Positions 52,772-64,000 of a DNA stretch of 64,000 nt are shown in pieces (position 1 is the stretch's first letter; each line of letters begins with the position of its first letter). This DNA is from Eledone cirrhosa (lineage: Eukaryota). Location of the stretch: contig OZ024740.1 in the NCBI GenBank assembly GCA_964016885.1, positions 223,200,001 to 223,264,000 on the forward strand, read 5' to 3'. The notes beneath the pieces are model-generated. The model was not told the origin of the DNA. It saw only the letters and a list, made by a program, of their open reading frames with translations, and did not search any database. A program made the translations under genes and the position numbers.

Positions 52772-52811
<40 letters not shown>

Positions 52812-53360
52812 CATAAGCAGGCACCTCTGTTGCAACGATTCCAGAGGGTGGTGGAAACTAAAATTATTATAGCTCTAGTATTATAGAGTGGTGGAATTTG
52901 TGAAGATGTGTGGAATGAAACGTTGTAATTGTAGGGTCTGGAGATGCAGTAAGCCATCGCCCACCCCAAGAAAATTTTTAAATTAGACTAATTCAATAGG
53001 TATTTTGCAGTCATATGAAATGGGTATTTATTTGATCATAATTGTTCTGGACAGAAATATTTAGTATTTAATTAAATGATAATAATAATACTGTTAATCA
53101 ATTACTGGCCACAAATTGTCAAAGTTAAAAAGAGAGGTTTCAAATAATATTAAATTAACAATATATTCCAGTATAACGATCTTCCATTGAATACATTTCG
53201 TTCAGAAAGGCACTACTTTACCTCTGACCTACAGTTACAGCATAGTAGAAATAGTGACTAAGATCACAAACTTTAAGTATTACAGTTGTGGGATTTGAGA
53301 CTTTTCAAGTAGCTGGGTCAATAATTATGAAGTTCTTGAAGTCTCTGGCATTTCATGAAA

Positions 53361-53857
53361 TATGAGAGTGCTTCAAATCGTTCGTGGAAAAGGACAGATA
53401 AAAATCCCATGCAGGAATCTTGATCTTAATGCACCTTCTCATACTAACGTGTTATAACATGTTCTAACATGAGCCCTTAAATATATGTTGCAATGCAGCA
53501 GTGCCAGTCGGAAGTCAGCACCCACTCAAGTAACATGACCTCCATCAAAACATCAAATTCATTGTGAAGCTAGGATGGAAGAGCAGCCAAATCATTGACG
53601 TTCAGAAGCAAGTTTATGGGGACAATGCCCCAAAATAATCAACAAATGGATAAGTTGTTCTAGAAGTGGAAGAGATGAGGTTGAAGATGTAAAAAAAGTT
53701 GCTTTGACATGGTTTAAATCACATGGCTCTCATTTTTACACAGACTTAAAGGCTGGTATCAACACTTGCATAACATGTGTTAAAAAATAAACATCATAAT
53801 TAAACTGTTTTTTCCAACTATCCTGTTTCCGCAAACCTTTTGAAGACGTCCCACATA
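53361..53857 (+). mobile_element. Internally deleted mariner (Hsmar2/irritans-like) with degenerate TIRs
   Basis: IKFIVKLGWKSSQIID..KQVYGDNAPK and SGRDEVED are fused to the C-terminal VKKVALTWF. The ends, TATGAGAGTGCTTCAAATCGTTCGTGGAAA and TTTCCGCAAACCTTTTGAAGACGTCCCACATA, are imperfect inverted repeats bounded by TA. Confidence 0.78.
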
Positions 53858-55379
53858 AACCATGCAATGTAAAAAGAATTTTATCTAACTGCACAGTCCC
53901 ATGACACTAATAGGAATATAAAGCAAGATAATGTAAAAATAGCAACTTAATTTAAAACTAAATATTGACAGTAAAGTGAAAGTTGTGGTGCAATATGAAA
54001 TCACGATGGTATAAAACAAAAGTTCAAAAATAAATCTCCATACCACATCAACAGACACATGAATATTTTTTAATTAATGATCCAATATCGTATTAGGCCT
54101 TCCAACAAGGTAAATAACTGGATCCCAAACAGAAGAGAAGTCTTGTAAATGATCTGATATGGCTTGAGCTTTTCAGGTCATCTCAGGAATGTTACTCATT
54201 GTAAGCTTTCACTGTTGACAGTGAGTCATTGAACCTGGTTTCTTACGCCAGAATGACACTAGTTTATGTAATTTATAATACTACTGATAAATTGCTTACC
54301 TCCTCTTTGCCCCCCATCCAACAGAAAGCCTCCTCCAGAGTATGATGCAACTAACATATTTGCCACTCTTAGCATGTACCCATGATGTGTTGTATAATTG
54401 ATTCTCTTGCACTTTTTGCTCATTTCTTGTGAGATGTATATCCTTATGAAGATGTCCTGCTACTAAGAATCAAGAAGAACTATATATATTTACAACACAG
54501 AAATCAAGAGACTAAACACACTATATATCTCTTCAGTTGAAATAATATAGTAGGAGTCTTCAGATATCATTGCAAATGTGCACACAATATGTTCGTGGTA
54601 AATAAAGAAGGATGCACTGCACTTGTTTCAATTCTGTGTTGAGATGTCACCAGTGACAGAGGAACATTTTGTATAAATCCATTATTATCAATGTCTTAAG
54701 TAAATCAGATAGACTAAGATCCATATATAACAGATTATTGACAGCTAAATTAATAAATTATTGGTGCATTAACTGTGTTTTCTGCTACAGAGTTAATGAA
54801 GATATTGTATACAGAGGCTATGTACTTAAATTCAGCTTTGATATACATGTTAACACATTAGTAATTTATTATTTTATTAACCATTTAAATGTGGAAGGCA
54901 AAGTAAACACCTAACATGATTTGAATTTAAAACATAAAGTAGCATAATTAAATACTGTATGACATTTTGTCTAGATCCAGACATCTGCATACTTTTTCAT
55001 AAACAATAAAAACACTAACTTGTGAAAAGGTGTAAATCTAAGTTAAAGTCATGAAAAAACAATGGCAAAAAAGACCCTTTTCTTCCTGCTCTTTCTTCTG
55101 TGTATACTCATTCCTTAGAAGGTAATAGGGTAGAATCATCAGACACCTTCCAGAGGATCCTATGAAAAGCAACTATCTCCAAATGATCTGGCTGGTTCCC
55201 CAAGCAAGACCAACTGAGATTATAGATATTAACCAACCATCTTGCTCATGGTCTACCTCTAGGTCACTTGCTGGTTGAATTCGTCAATAGAATTTGTCCA
55301 CTGATTTTTTCCTAGAACAAAAACACAAATGGTTACATAGATGAATGTAATATGACTCAGAGAGAAAAAAATAAACAAT

Positions 55380-55620
55380 GAATTACAGAGTATGATGGGA
55401 GTAGGTCCTGTTACAAATGTTGCAAAGAGAAATTGAATGAGATAGTTGGGACATGTGGTGAGGTGGGATGAAAGAGATTGAGTGAAAAGAATGATGGAAG
55501 TGATTGTGGAAGAAAGTGGAAAGGGAAGACAGAGAGACATGGCTAAAAATGATGGAGGAGGAAATGAAAGACAGGGTATTGGTACGGAGGGGGGTGTAGA
55601 GGATAAAGTAAAATGAAGAA
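55380..55620 (+). mobile_element. Decayed RTE LINE 3' coding remnant
   Basis: MR*LGHVVRWDERD*VKRMMEVIVEESGKGR resembles the LRWxGHVxR..RGR C-terminal motif. Confidence 0.55.
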
Positions 55621-56490
55621 ACTTGTCATAGGGCTCACAAAGTTAACACTTGCTTTAGTAAGGGAAATGAATTTAAAACGGTTATTGCTTGCTGCTGTAG
55701 TAGTAATAATAATTAAAGTATTAATGATACAGTGGTGTCTGCACAAGGTTTGAGGTGCTGTATCCCACTACATGGTTTACTGTTTATGAGATGCCGGTAC
55801 AAATTAGAACTAATTCTACTTGACTGTGACACCTTCAGGCCTAATTAAGAAAAACACACAATCAAATTGTTATTTCGACATTATTAGTGAATATATTTGA
55901 TAGCAATTAGAAGGAAAATATATTACCTCTAAACAACTTCAAAAACTGCATCAGAACCATCAATGCAACATTAATCATAATTATAAACTTCATAATAATG
56001 ATTTAGATAGATATTGCTAAAAGAAAAAAAAAAGCTGAAGTATAACTACAGAAAAAAATGAGGATTAAATATTTTTCAATAACATTCTACCAATCAGATA
56101 ATAAATGAATATACAGGAAGCTGAAGTCATAAAAACTTGCTTTGATATATCAAAAATTAATTTACTGAAACGTATGAAAATGAAAAGACAGCATTGAGCC
56201 AAACAAATTAAATATCATTTCATCATTGAGCTAAAGTAAATAAACTAAGGTAAATTAATTTTCACTCATGTGAGAGGTTTAGATGTTCATTTTATATTAG
56301 ATTTAACCCTTCTATAAACAGAATAGTTATCTTTGACATCACAAAAAAGTTTTTGTAGGAAACAAATTTGCTTGTAAATAGTTAAAATTGCAGAGTCTCA
56401 CTCATTTCTGATACTTTTTAATTATTTATAATTTCAATAATTTTTAGCCAATAATCTAGACAAAATCGTTTTATGTATTAAAAGGGTAAT

Positions 56491-56695
56491 AAATATTTAT
56501 AATTTAGGCACAAGGCCAATAATTTTCTGGGAGGGGAAGTTGATTACATCGACTAAAATACATGACTGGTGCTTAATTTTATTGAACCCAGAAGGATGAA
56601 AGGCAAAGTTGGCTTCAGTAAGATTTGAACTCAGAATGTAAATAGCTATAATTCATTTTACCCAATGCTCTAATGATTCTACCAATACATCACTC
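56491..56695 (-). mobile_element. tRNA-derived SINE (more diverged copy)
   Basis: TTTAGGCACAAGGCC..GGATGAAAGGCAAAGT..GATTTGAACTCAGA; same family as 44427-44609. Confidence 0.8.
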
Positions 56696-56708
56696 TTAAA
56701 AGGGTAAT

Positions 56709-56924
56709 TATTGTTTCTACTTTAGGCATAAGGCCAGCAATTTTGGGGGAAGGGAAAGTCGATTAAATCGACCCCAGTGCATTACTAGTGCTTTATTTTA
56801 TCGACCCCTCATGAGGATGAAAGGCAAAGCTAACCACAGCGAGATTTGAAGTCAGATCATAAAGCATATTGTATGCCATAAAGCATATTGTCTGATGCTC
56901 TACCGATACTGCAAATATACCTCC
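56709..56924 (-). mobile_element. tRNA-derived SINE (less diverged copy)
   Basis: TTGTTTCTACTTTAGGCATAAGGCCAGCAATT..ATCGACCCC..GGATGAAAGGCAAAG..CTCTACCGATACTGC. Confidence 0.85.
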
Positions 56925-57527
56925 TAAAAGGGTAATAATAAAAAGTGTTTTGTCCAATATTTTCCTATATATTAATTGCTTTTTCTTAGTGGCTCAAATC
57001 CTTAATTGAAGAAGATTAAACATGAAAGTAATAATGTAACTGTTGAGCTGAAATGCCTTTGATCATAGATCTATTCAATCAAGGTTGACCTGAGGTTAAA
57101 CAATCACAACAACAAAAGCATACTGAAATTGCTCATATATCTACAATAATTGGTGTACGTATATTTGATGATAAGTTCTGAGTCAGTAGAGGGTTGGATT
57201 AAGTGTCCCAATATTTATTCAGACTAGACTCTCTGCAGTTCAAGTTCAAATTCTGTCAATGTCAGCTTTGTTTCATTCAATCAGGTTCGATGACTAAAGT
57301 ACCAGTCCAGGGGCAATGTATTGATAGAATTGTTAAAGTAGTGGGGAGGATACTTTGAGGTATCTGCATTCTCAGTTAAAATTTCACCTTTTGTCATAGA
57401 AAAAACAGTAAAATTTCTGTTAATTTAGTGACTGGCAGATTGTATCGGCCATGGATGGACTAATGGAAATATACTTTATTCCATTTCCCTATACTCCTTA
57501 TGAAATAGAATTAGTATTTAGTTCTTA

Positions 57528-57675
57528 TGGTGGCAAACTGACAGAGTTGTTAGAACATCAGATAGAATACTTTGTCGTACTTGTTTGGGCTCTCTGAGTT
57601 CAATGCCTGGTGAGGTAAACTTTGCATTTTATCATTTTAGGTCGATAAAAAAAGTACCAGCCCAGTATAGGGGTA
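57528..57675 (+). mobile_element. Decayed SINE of the same superfamily
   Basis: CTGAGTTCAA..GAGGTAAACTTTGCATTTTATCATTTTAGGTCGATAAAAAAAGTACCAG. A weaker copy lies at ~57180-57315. Confidence 0.6.
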
Positions 57676-59029
57676 ATTTCCTCATCTATATCTCTTTCTC
57701 ACTTCCATTCTCTCACTCTCTATCCTTCTCTGGAAGAAATCTGCTGTATTCATATCTGGAAGGACGTGGGCTCTGCCATGTTTTAACAAAATGACCTAGA
57801 TGTGCCATATGACACGAAAGCACCTGCACATCTAATTCAGGAGTTACAGATTCATATATATATATATATATGCATTCAGTTTTCAGATATGCAGAAAGGG
57901 AAAATATTATAATGTATCAACCAACAGGTTAACAAAGATAGTCATATAGCAAACAGACTTTCAATTGATACAAAAGAAAGTGTAATCATTCCTTAATTCA
58001 TACTGCAGCAATATAGGGAATATCAAGAATGAAATAAAGTAGAAATAGGATAATTATTTGATACAGAACACAAATGACTGACATAACAGTGTAAGATATA
58101 TATATATATATATATAGATATATATATATTTATATATATATATATATATACATGTATATGTGTGTGTATACATGCATACATATATATATAGAGAGAGATA
58201 AAGAGTGAGACAAATGGGACAGCCAGAGAAAAAGCATTTGTATGATGTTTAGTTCACATTTTCTCATCTAAAAGTAAATTAAGAAGTTGATTCCATCCAT
58301 ATCCTACCGATATGTTATATGACAATTCATCAAGCTAAGTAGTATGTAATTTCTCTTGACTATGTGGCACAATCTGTAACAGTGCTATAGGAAGATTAGT
58401 GAAAACATCTGTCTGTCTAAAATAACAAACTCATTATTTATGTCTATGTCTGATAGGCAGCAATATCTATATATAATATGGACCTATAGTGGTGTGTAGG
58501 CAATGATGTTAACATACAAGCAGCTGGCCTCCAATTTGTCAATTAGTTTAAAGCATATTTGCATACAACTTTATGAGTATATATATCATCATCATTTTTA
58601 ACATCTGCTCTTCCCAATAACAATGCTCAAAAAAGAAAAACATATATATATATATATATATAAACAAATAAAATGCTATAATTCTCACTAAACTCTTGGT
58701 GGTATTGTTATCATATATATGTAACCTAGAGATCATAGAAATGAATAGAAAACAATCATCATCATTCAACACAATCATGATAATGTTTAGATCCAGTGTA
58801 CTAAACATATTCATCAATATTCCTACATATATATTATCATCATCACTGTTGTTGTTTGACATCAACTTTACAGGCTAGCATATGTGGGACAGTCTGTCAT
58901 GGTCTAAGATTGGAAATGTATTATCTTGCTTATATATTCTATATCTGGCTTGCATATATATATATATATACATACATACAATGACTTCGATACAAAGCTA
59001 CATTAAATTAAAGCTTAGGTCCTCCCAGT

Positions 59030-60050
59030 GTGCATACGCATTGGTATCTTATCTGGCTGACTGGCTGATCTGAAATCAGCAGATCCACCCACATCAACTG
59101 CAAGGAGATGCTTTTGTTTTTCCTTGCTCCAGCATGTCGCAGCCCTTCCTCCAACCTTACTTCTCCTCCTGGCTTACACAACAGTTTGCCTCAAATTCAC
59201 TGGTGGCCTGCTGGATGGTGCAGCACCAAGCAATGTGGTCAGCAGTGAGGCAGGTTCATTGTTGAGGGATGATGTTACATGATTTCATGCTCTTTTATAA
59301 CATGTCTTTACACTGCTTCATGGGCGCATTGCTGTTTCAACTGCCAGAAAACAATTCTCCATCATGCACAATCTATGGCATGTGATGGTCTGTCATTTCT
59401 TACTCAATGCAGCTGTGTCTTCATAAGAGTAGCCTTGATACTGGTGGTTTTGGCTCTCTCGAGGACCTTTGTGCTGGTGACATGTTCTTTCTAGTTAATG
59501 TTTAATATGCTGCGCAGACAGCATTGGTGGAATCTCTCCTGGAGACAGGTGTGACAGCGATACAAGATCCATGTCTCAGAGCCGTATAAGCGGGTGGTTA
59601 GGACTACAGCCCTGAAGACTGAGTTTGGTTTCTGTTTTGAAGTTATTGTTTCTCTACACCCTCTTGTTTAGTCTCACAAAGGCACTGCTGGCTTTGGCTA
59701 GTCTGTTGTCCAATTCCTTATCAATTCTTGTGTCGATGGAAATGACACTCCCAAGAAAGCAGAATTACTGCACAGCATTGAGCTTTGCCTGTTTGATGGA
59801 GATGTCTGGTGGATGGTATATATATATCTTGAGGAGCAGGTTGGTAGAGGACTTCAGTCTTTTCCAAACTGATCTCCAGGCAATAAAAAAATCAGAAGCG
59901 TTTGCAAAGCATGAATCTAGGCATTGTATGGCTCTTTCATTGTGCACAAGAAGTGTGGCATCATCAGAAAACAGAAGCTCTCGGATCAGTTTTTCTGTGG
60001 TCTTGGTGTATGCCTAGAGTCATCACAGGTTGAAGAGGCGTCTAGTAGTT
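59030..60050 (-). mobile_element. Decayed RTE (BovB-type) LINE 3' part
   Basis: FCFLGSVIS..IDKELDNRLAKASSAF.RL, LYGSETW..Y and RFHQCCLRSILNI, with many stops and frameshifts. Confidence 0.8.
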
Positions 60051-63000
60051 AATTCGACATATCTCATTTTTTTCTTGGTTTAAAACTTTTCATTACATTG
60101 TTTTCGACCTGGTCACAGACAGTCCTCTCACTATTAGTCTTTGGTTTGATTGCAATGACAAAAGAACATAAGGTCCAGTCAGTGGCAGCCTTATTCTGAT
60201 TCCATGGTAAGTAAAGAGAGGTGAAAGCCTAATTGTGTTAGAATCCAGATTAATATAGGAATGCCTGCTAAGCCTACATAATCATAATGAGGTCTGGGTG
60301 GGATACATGGAGTAAAGTAGCCAGCTTATAGATAGGGCCCTAGGTGGGGTTGAGAATCATATATTACTCTCTTTCATCATATAGACATGTGTGACATTGT
60401 GTAGTAGGAGAAAGAGGGTATTATAGAAGAGAAGGTAGGACAGAATGAAACAAGCAAGTAGAAGATAGGATATTTAAGAGAGAGAGAATGATAGAAAGTT
60501 ACATGCTGGTTGAAGGTATGACAGCCGCATGAAGGTAATTTGCAAGAAGTTTGAATAGAAATATCATAATTGTCAGGGTAATAGAAGTTAAACAACAAAA
60601 GTGAAGGAGATTTAATTGAAAGAAAGTTCATATTCTAGTTTGCTGGGCATAGCTGACAATAACAGAGTGGTAAGGTGGCATTGTGGGGGAAGAAAGTATG
60701 ATAGATGAGGGATAGTGAGATGGTGGAGAAGGAGACAATGGAATGCAGGGAAAGTGATAGAAAAAGATGGATGGTGAATGACTGTTAAGAGCATAATGGG
60801 AAAAAGAGCAGTCAATGGTACCAAGATAGTAGTAGAGAGACTTAAACATAATGTTTGACAAAGACCCACATTTAGAATTTAAATGCCCCAAACTATCACC
60901 ATCATCATTGGTTACATCCATTTTTGATGCATGCATAGGCTGGGTGTGTCTTCTCCAGAACAGCATTTGGTTACTTGTCATGCTAATAGTAATCTCCTTT
61001 GTGAGATTCATTCACTTGTGGAGATGTTTCACCACGTCTGTTCATATATTCTAAATATTCCTCCACTTGGAAAGCTTGGCACTTCCTAAAACAACAGATG
61101 ACATCTATATGTACCACATGCAAGTAGTAGTGCAGTCTTCTTTCTTTCACACTACATTTGTGGCCCATCATTCAAACACACAATTCTGATTTTTTGTTCA
61201 ATATTACAATGTAATAGGATGTTTTTTTTCTTTTGTTTCTGAGAGACTGGGTTCTTTTTGTTTTCTTCTTTATCCACTTATTACTATGTTAATTGTTTGA
61301 GCAGAACCCTCAAGCATACCTTCTAGCAGATCCTGTAAGAAGCAACTGTCTCCAATTAATCGAGCTGGATTTCCAAGCAAAATTTGTTGTGGAAGGTTCT
61401 ACAAGATTATGGGATGGATGAGCAGCATCCTGTTGCCTTTATGTCTCTACATGAACACAGTAGTTTTTATGTTTGGATAATGGTCCTAAGCGGAAACCAT
61501 TCAATGTGGGTGTCAGACTCTGCCAAGTGTGCATACTATCACCTCTCCTAAAGATAATCTTCATGAAGTGGATTGACAAGTGCAGCTGGATTGGAAGTGA
61601 TATCAAGACTGTCGAGTGTGGGATCAGTCAGGAGGCTTGTATTACTTAACTCAGTGGAAGGTGGTCTGTGACAAGCATTTGATAGGTTTGCTGCTGATTA
61701 TTGCATGACAGGAATGAAAACCAAGGCTATGAAAACTAAGACACTCATTCTCTCAAAGAAGCCTGCACATATGAATAAATTTTCACTGAAGTAGATGGAG
61801 ATCTCCAAGTATCTCGAGGCCATTTTCACATGGTTTGGGGGGATTTTTCACAAAATATCTTGAAATCTTGTTACAAAATTTTAAATGAAAGACGCAGTCT
61901 TTATGTATCTGGTTTAGAATAGCCAGCCTGTATACCTGCATGTCAGAAACAGTAAGTAGAATGGTTGCTGCTATTAAGAGAATCTGGCTCTAAAACATTG
62001 TCTTAAAAAAAGATGCCATGCCAACACCTACACATGGGAAAAATGATGTTAAAAATGTTGTTGCATGCTGGTGTCTACAATTTTCAAGTAATTTTGAAAT
62101 AATCTGAAATTTGGAGGGATTTAGCAATGTAAGTAGCTTTCTCTTTAAGTTGATGTTCAGAGCATGACTTAAGAAAAGTTTTTACATAAAATCATGATGG
62201 AAAGTTTTCCGATAAATATAAACATTTTAAAACAAACAGATTTGTATTGTAGAATCAGAGAGGGTTTCAAGCAGTTTAAAATCAAAAGGGTTAATTAGAA
62301 GATTGTAGATATTCTTGTTACAATATTTCTCTATTATAAAAAGAAAACAATTTTTCTTTTGAAATGCTTCAATAACTCTATTTTGTCTGTATCGATAACA
62401 TAATAATTATATTATATTATAATTGTATGGTTTTAAAGTAGAAGAACAGTTATCAAATAGTAAATGTGGGCAATATAAAGCAGTCATATGCTAGTATGGT
62501 GCAAAGTAGTTGGGAAATTTCAATCTGATGGTGGGAAGGTCTGTAGTGGTTCAAGAGAAAAGGCAAATATTTTTGTATGAATATGAGTTAAACTACTGTA
62601 TATAATCTTGTATATGTTGTACAGATAAATAAGTCACACCTACATTTTGCATACAGTATTTACAACCATTATCATAATCATTATCATTTTACAGCAGTTT
62701 TCTTTGTTGACATGGGTTGAGCAGATTGTCACAGTCTAAGACTAGATGAGTTAAATTAACATGTCATTCTCATACATTACATATTTTTATATGCTTTCTA
62801 CAGCTGGATGCCCTTCATAATGCTTGCCACTATACAGAATGTAGTGGGTGTATTTTATCATGGTACTAGCACTGTTAACTTATAGAGTGTGCTGGGTGCA
62901 ATGTACCATATATTTTGAATGTAGGCTTTGTATGTCTATTCACTCTATGATCATGTTGCATCCAGCCAAAGGAAACATGTCAAAACTAGAATGTACAAGA

Positions 63001-63828
63001 ATGACAGGTTTTTCCAGCCTGCCCAGCCTTAAACTTGATATACCCATTCAGCCCATCCCAGCATTGATAGCAAGTACGACATGATGATGATGATGATGAG
63101 TGTAAAATCAAATGACAATGATAATGATGATGATAACAATGGGAGTTGGATATTTCAGTGATATTGAGTTATGAATTAAATAATTAAATATTCATATACT
63201 CTAAATGCACCTACAACCAGATGCCCTATAGAGGTCACTGAAGGACATATCAGATTATACCTTCAAATGCAATCAGGCTTCCCTGAAAGAAGGCAGAGAT
63301 AGCCAACAAATTTTGGTGTGTCTCCATATAAATTCCATCCTCTTGTTCCAGTTCCTTATCAGTAAAATTATTTGCAGAAAGTGACCCAGATAATTATAGA
63401 GCTTGTATTGTTAATGATAATGACACTGATTGGGATGTCACAAATGATTCACCCTTAGTCCTGAGGTGATGGACATTAACTCTACTTCAATAATTGCATT
63501 ATTGTCAAGTAATTTTCTTTACTTGTTTCCATTGATGAGAATGTGTTCCACTAAAATTCTGTAGAAATTTTTTTTTGTGTTATGAGAATATTGTTAAAGC
63601 CAGTAATATTTGATAATATCAACTAATTAGCAACAAATCAGGTATTAATATTTGGCAGAAAAAATATATATAACATCTAAATATTAACTGCAATTTAATC
63701 AATAAATGTAAAGGATGTTATTCACATTAGTATTCTTTTGTTAAGATGAACAAAATAATAGAGTTAAAATTAACAAAAGGTTAATTTAGAATGGAACATA
63801 TTTGAAATAACACAATATTACCCAAAGC

Positions 63829-64000
63829 ATGAGGGAGTGCTGAAAAGTTCCTAGCTTTCGGTAAAAGAAAATGTAGGAGGATCAGTTAATATTCAACATA
63901 TAGCCCTCTCGGATTCACACACTTATTGCAGAAGTCCTTTAGTTTTTCTAAGCCCTGTCAAATGAACTCGGAATGTTGGGCTTCCAACCAGTCTCTGTAG
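63829..64000 (-). mobile_element. Mariner 3' end (TIR plus transposase C-terminus), runs off the window
   Basis: TIR-like GAGGGAGTGCTGAAAAGTTCCT. Minus strand reads QGLEKLKDFCNKCVNPRGLYVE, matching the mariner C-terminal KCV..G.YVE motif. Confidence 0.7.

Noticed and set aside
54295-54460. Possible minus-strand exon ending at a GAG/GTAAGC donor
   Set aside because: Two frames are open, but neither gives a recognisable protein and there is no clear acceptor. RNA-seq would be needed.
55140-61400. Diverged ~80-bp similarity between ~55140-55210 and ~61312-61385 (CCTTC..GATCCT..AAGCAACT.TCTCCAA)
   Set aside because: It is probably an old dispersed repeat, too decayed to classify or bound.
62140-62294. 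AAAGGG-TTAA end suggestive of a piggyBac-type MITE
   Set aside because: No matching left terminus was found nearby.

Overview
This is eukaryotic, AT-rich, repeat-dominated DNA. The (TA)n tracts and the SINE and RTE tails suggest an octopus or other cephalopod, but that is an inference. No host gene is recognisable. The centrepiece is a ~23 kb GC-rich composite satellite (14941-37963) built from two related 17-bp monomers that alternate in about 22 block pairs, with nested higher-order repeats. It sits inside a Penelope-like element (PLE) and replaces 450 bp of one arm of a head-to-head inverted PLE pair. Around it are further PLE pieces (RT and GIY-YIG) and at least four distinct families of minimal type I hammerhead ribozymes. 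One of these is in an ORF-less tandem repeat whose array ends at the predicted self-cleavage site. Also present are fold-back palindromes, a doubly deleted Gypsy LTR element, CR1-group and RTE LINE fragments (one with a PHD-type finger inside the RT), tRNA-type SINEs, mariner remnants and a Helitron 3' end. All identifications come from reading the sequence and recalling family motifs. No searches were run and coordinates were counted by hand.
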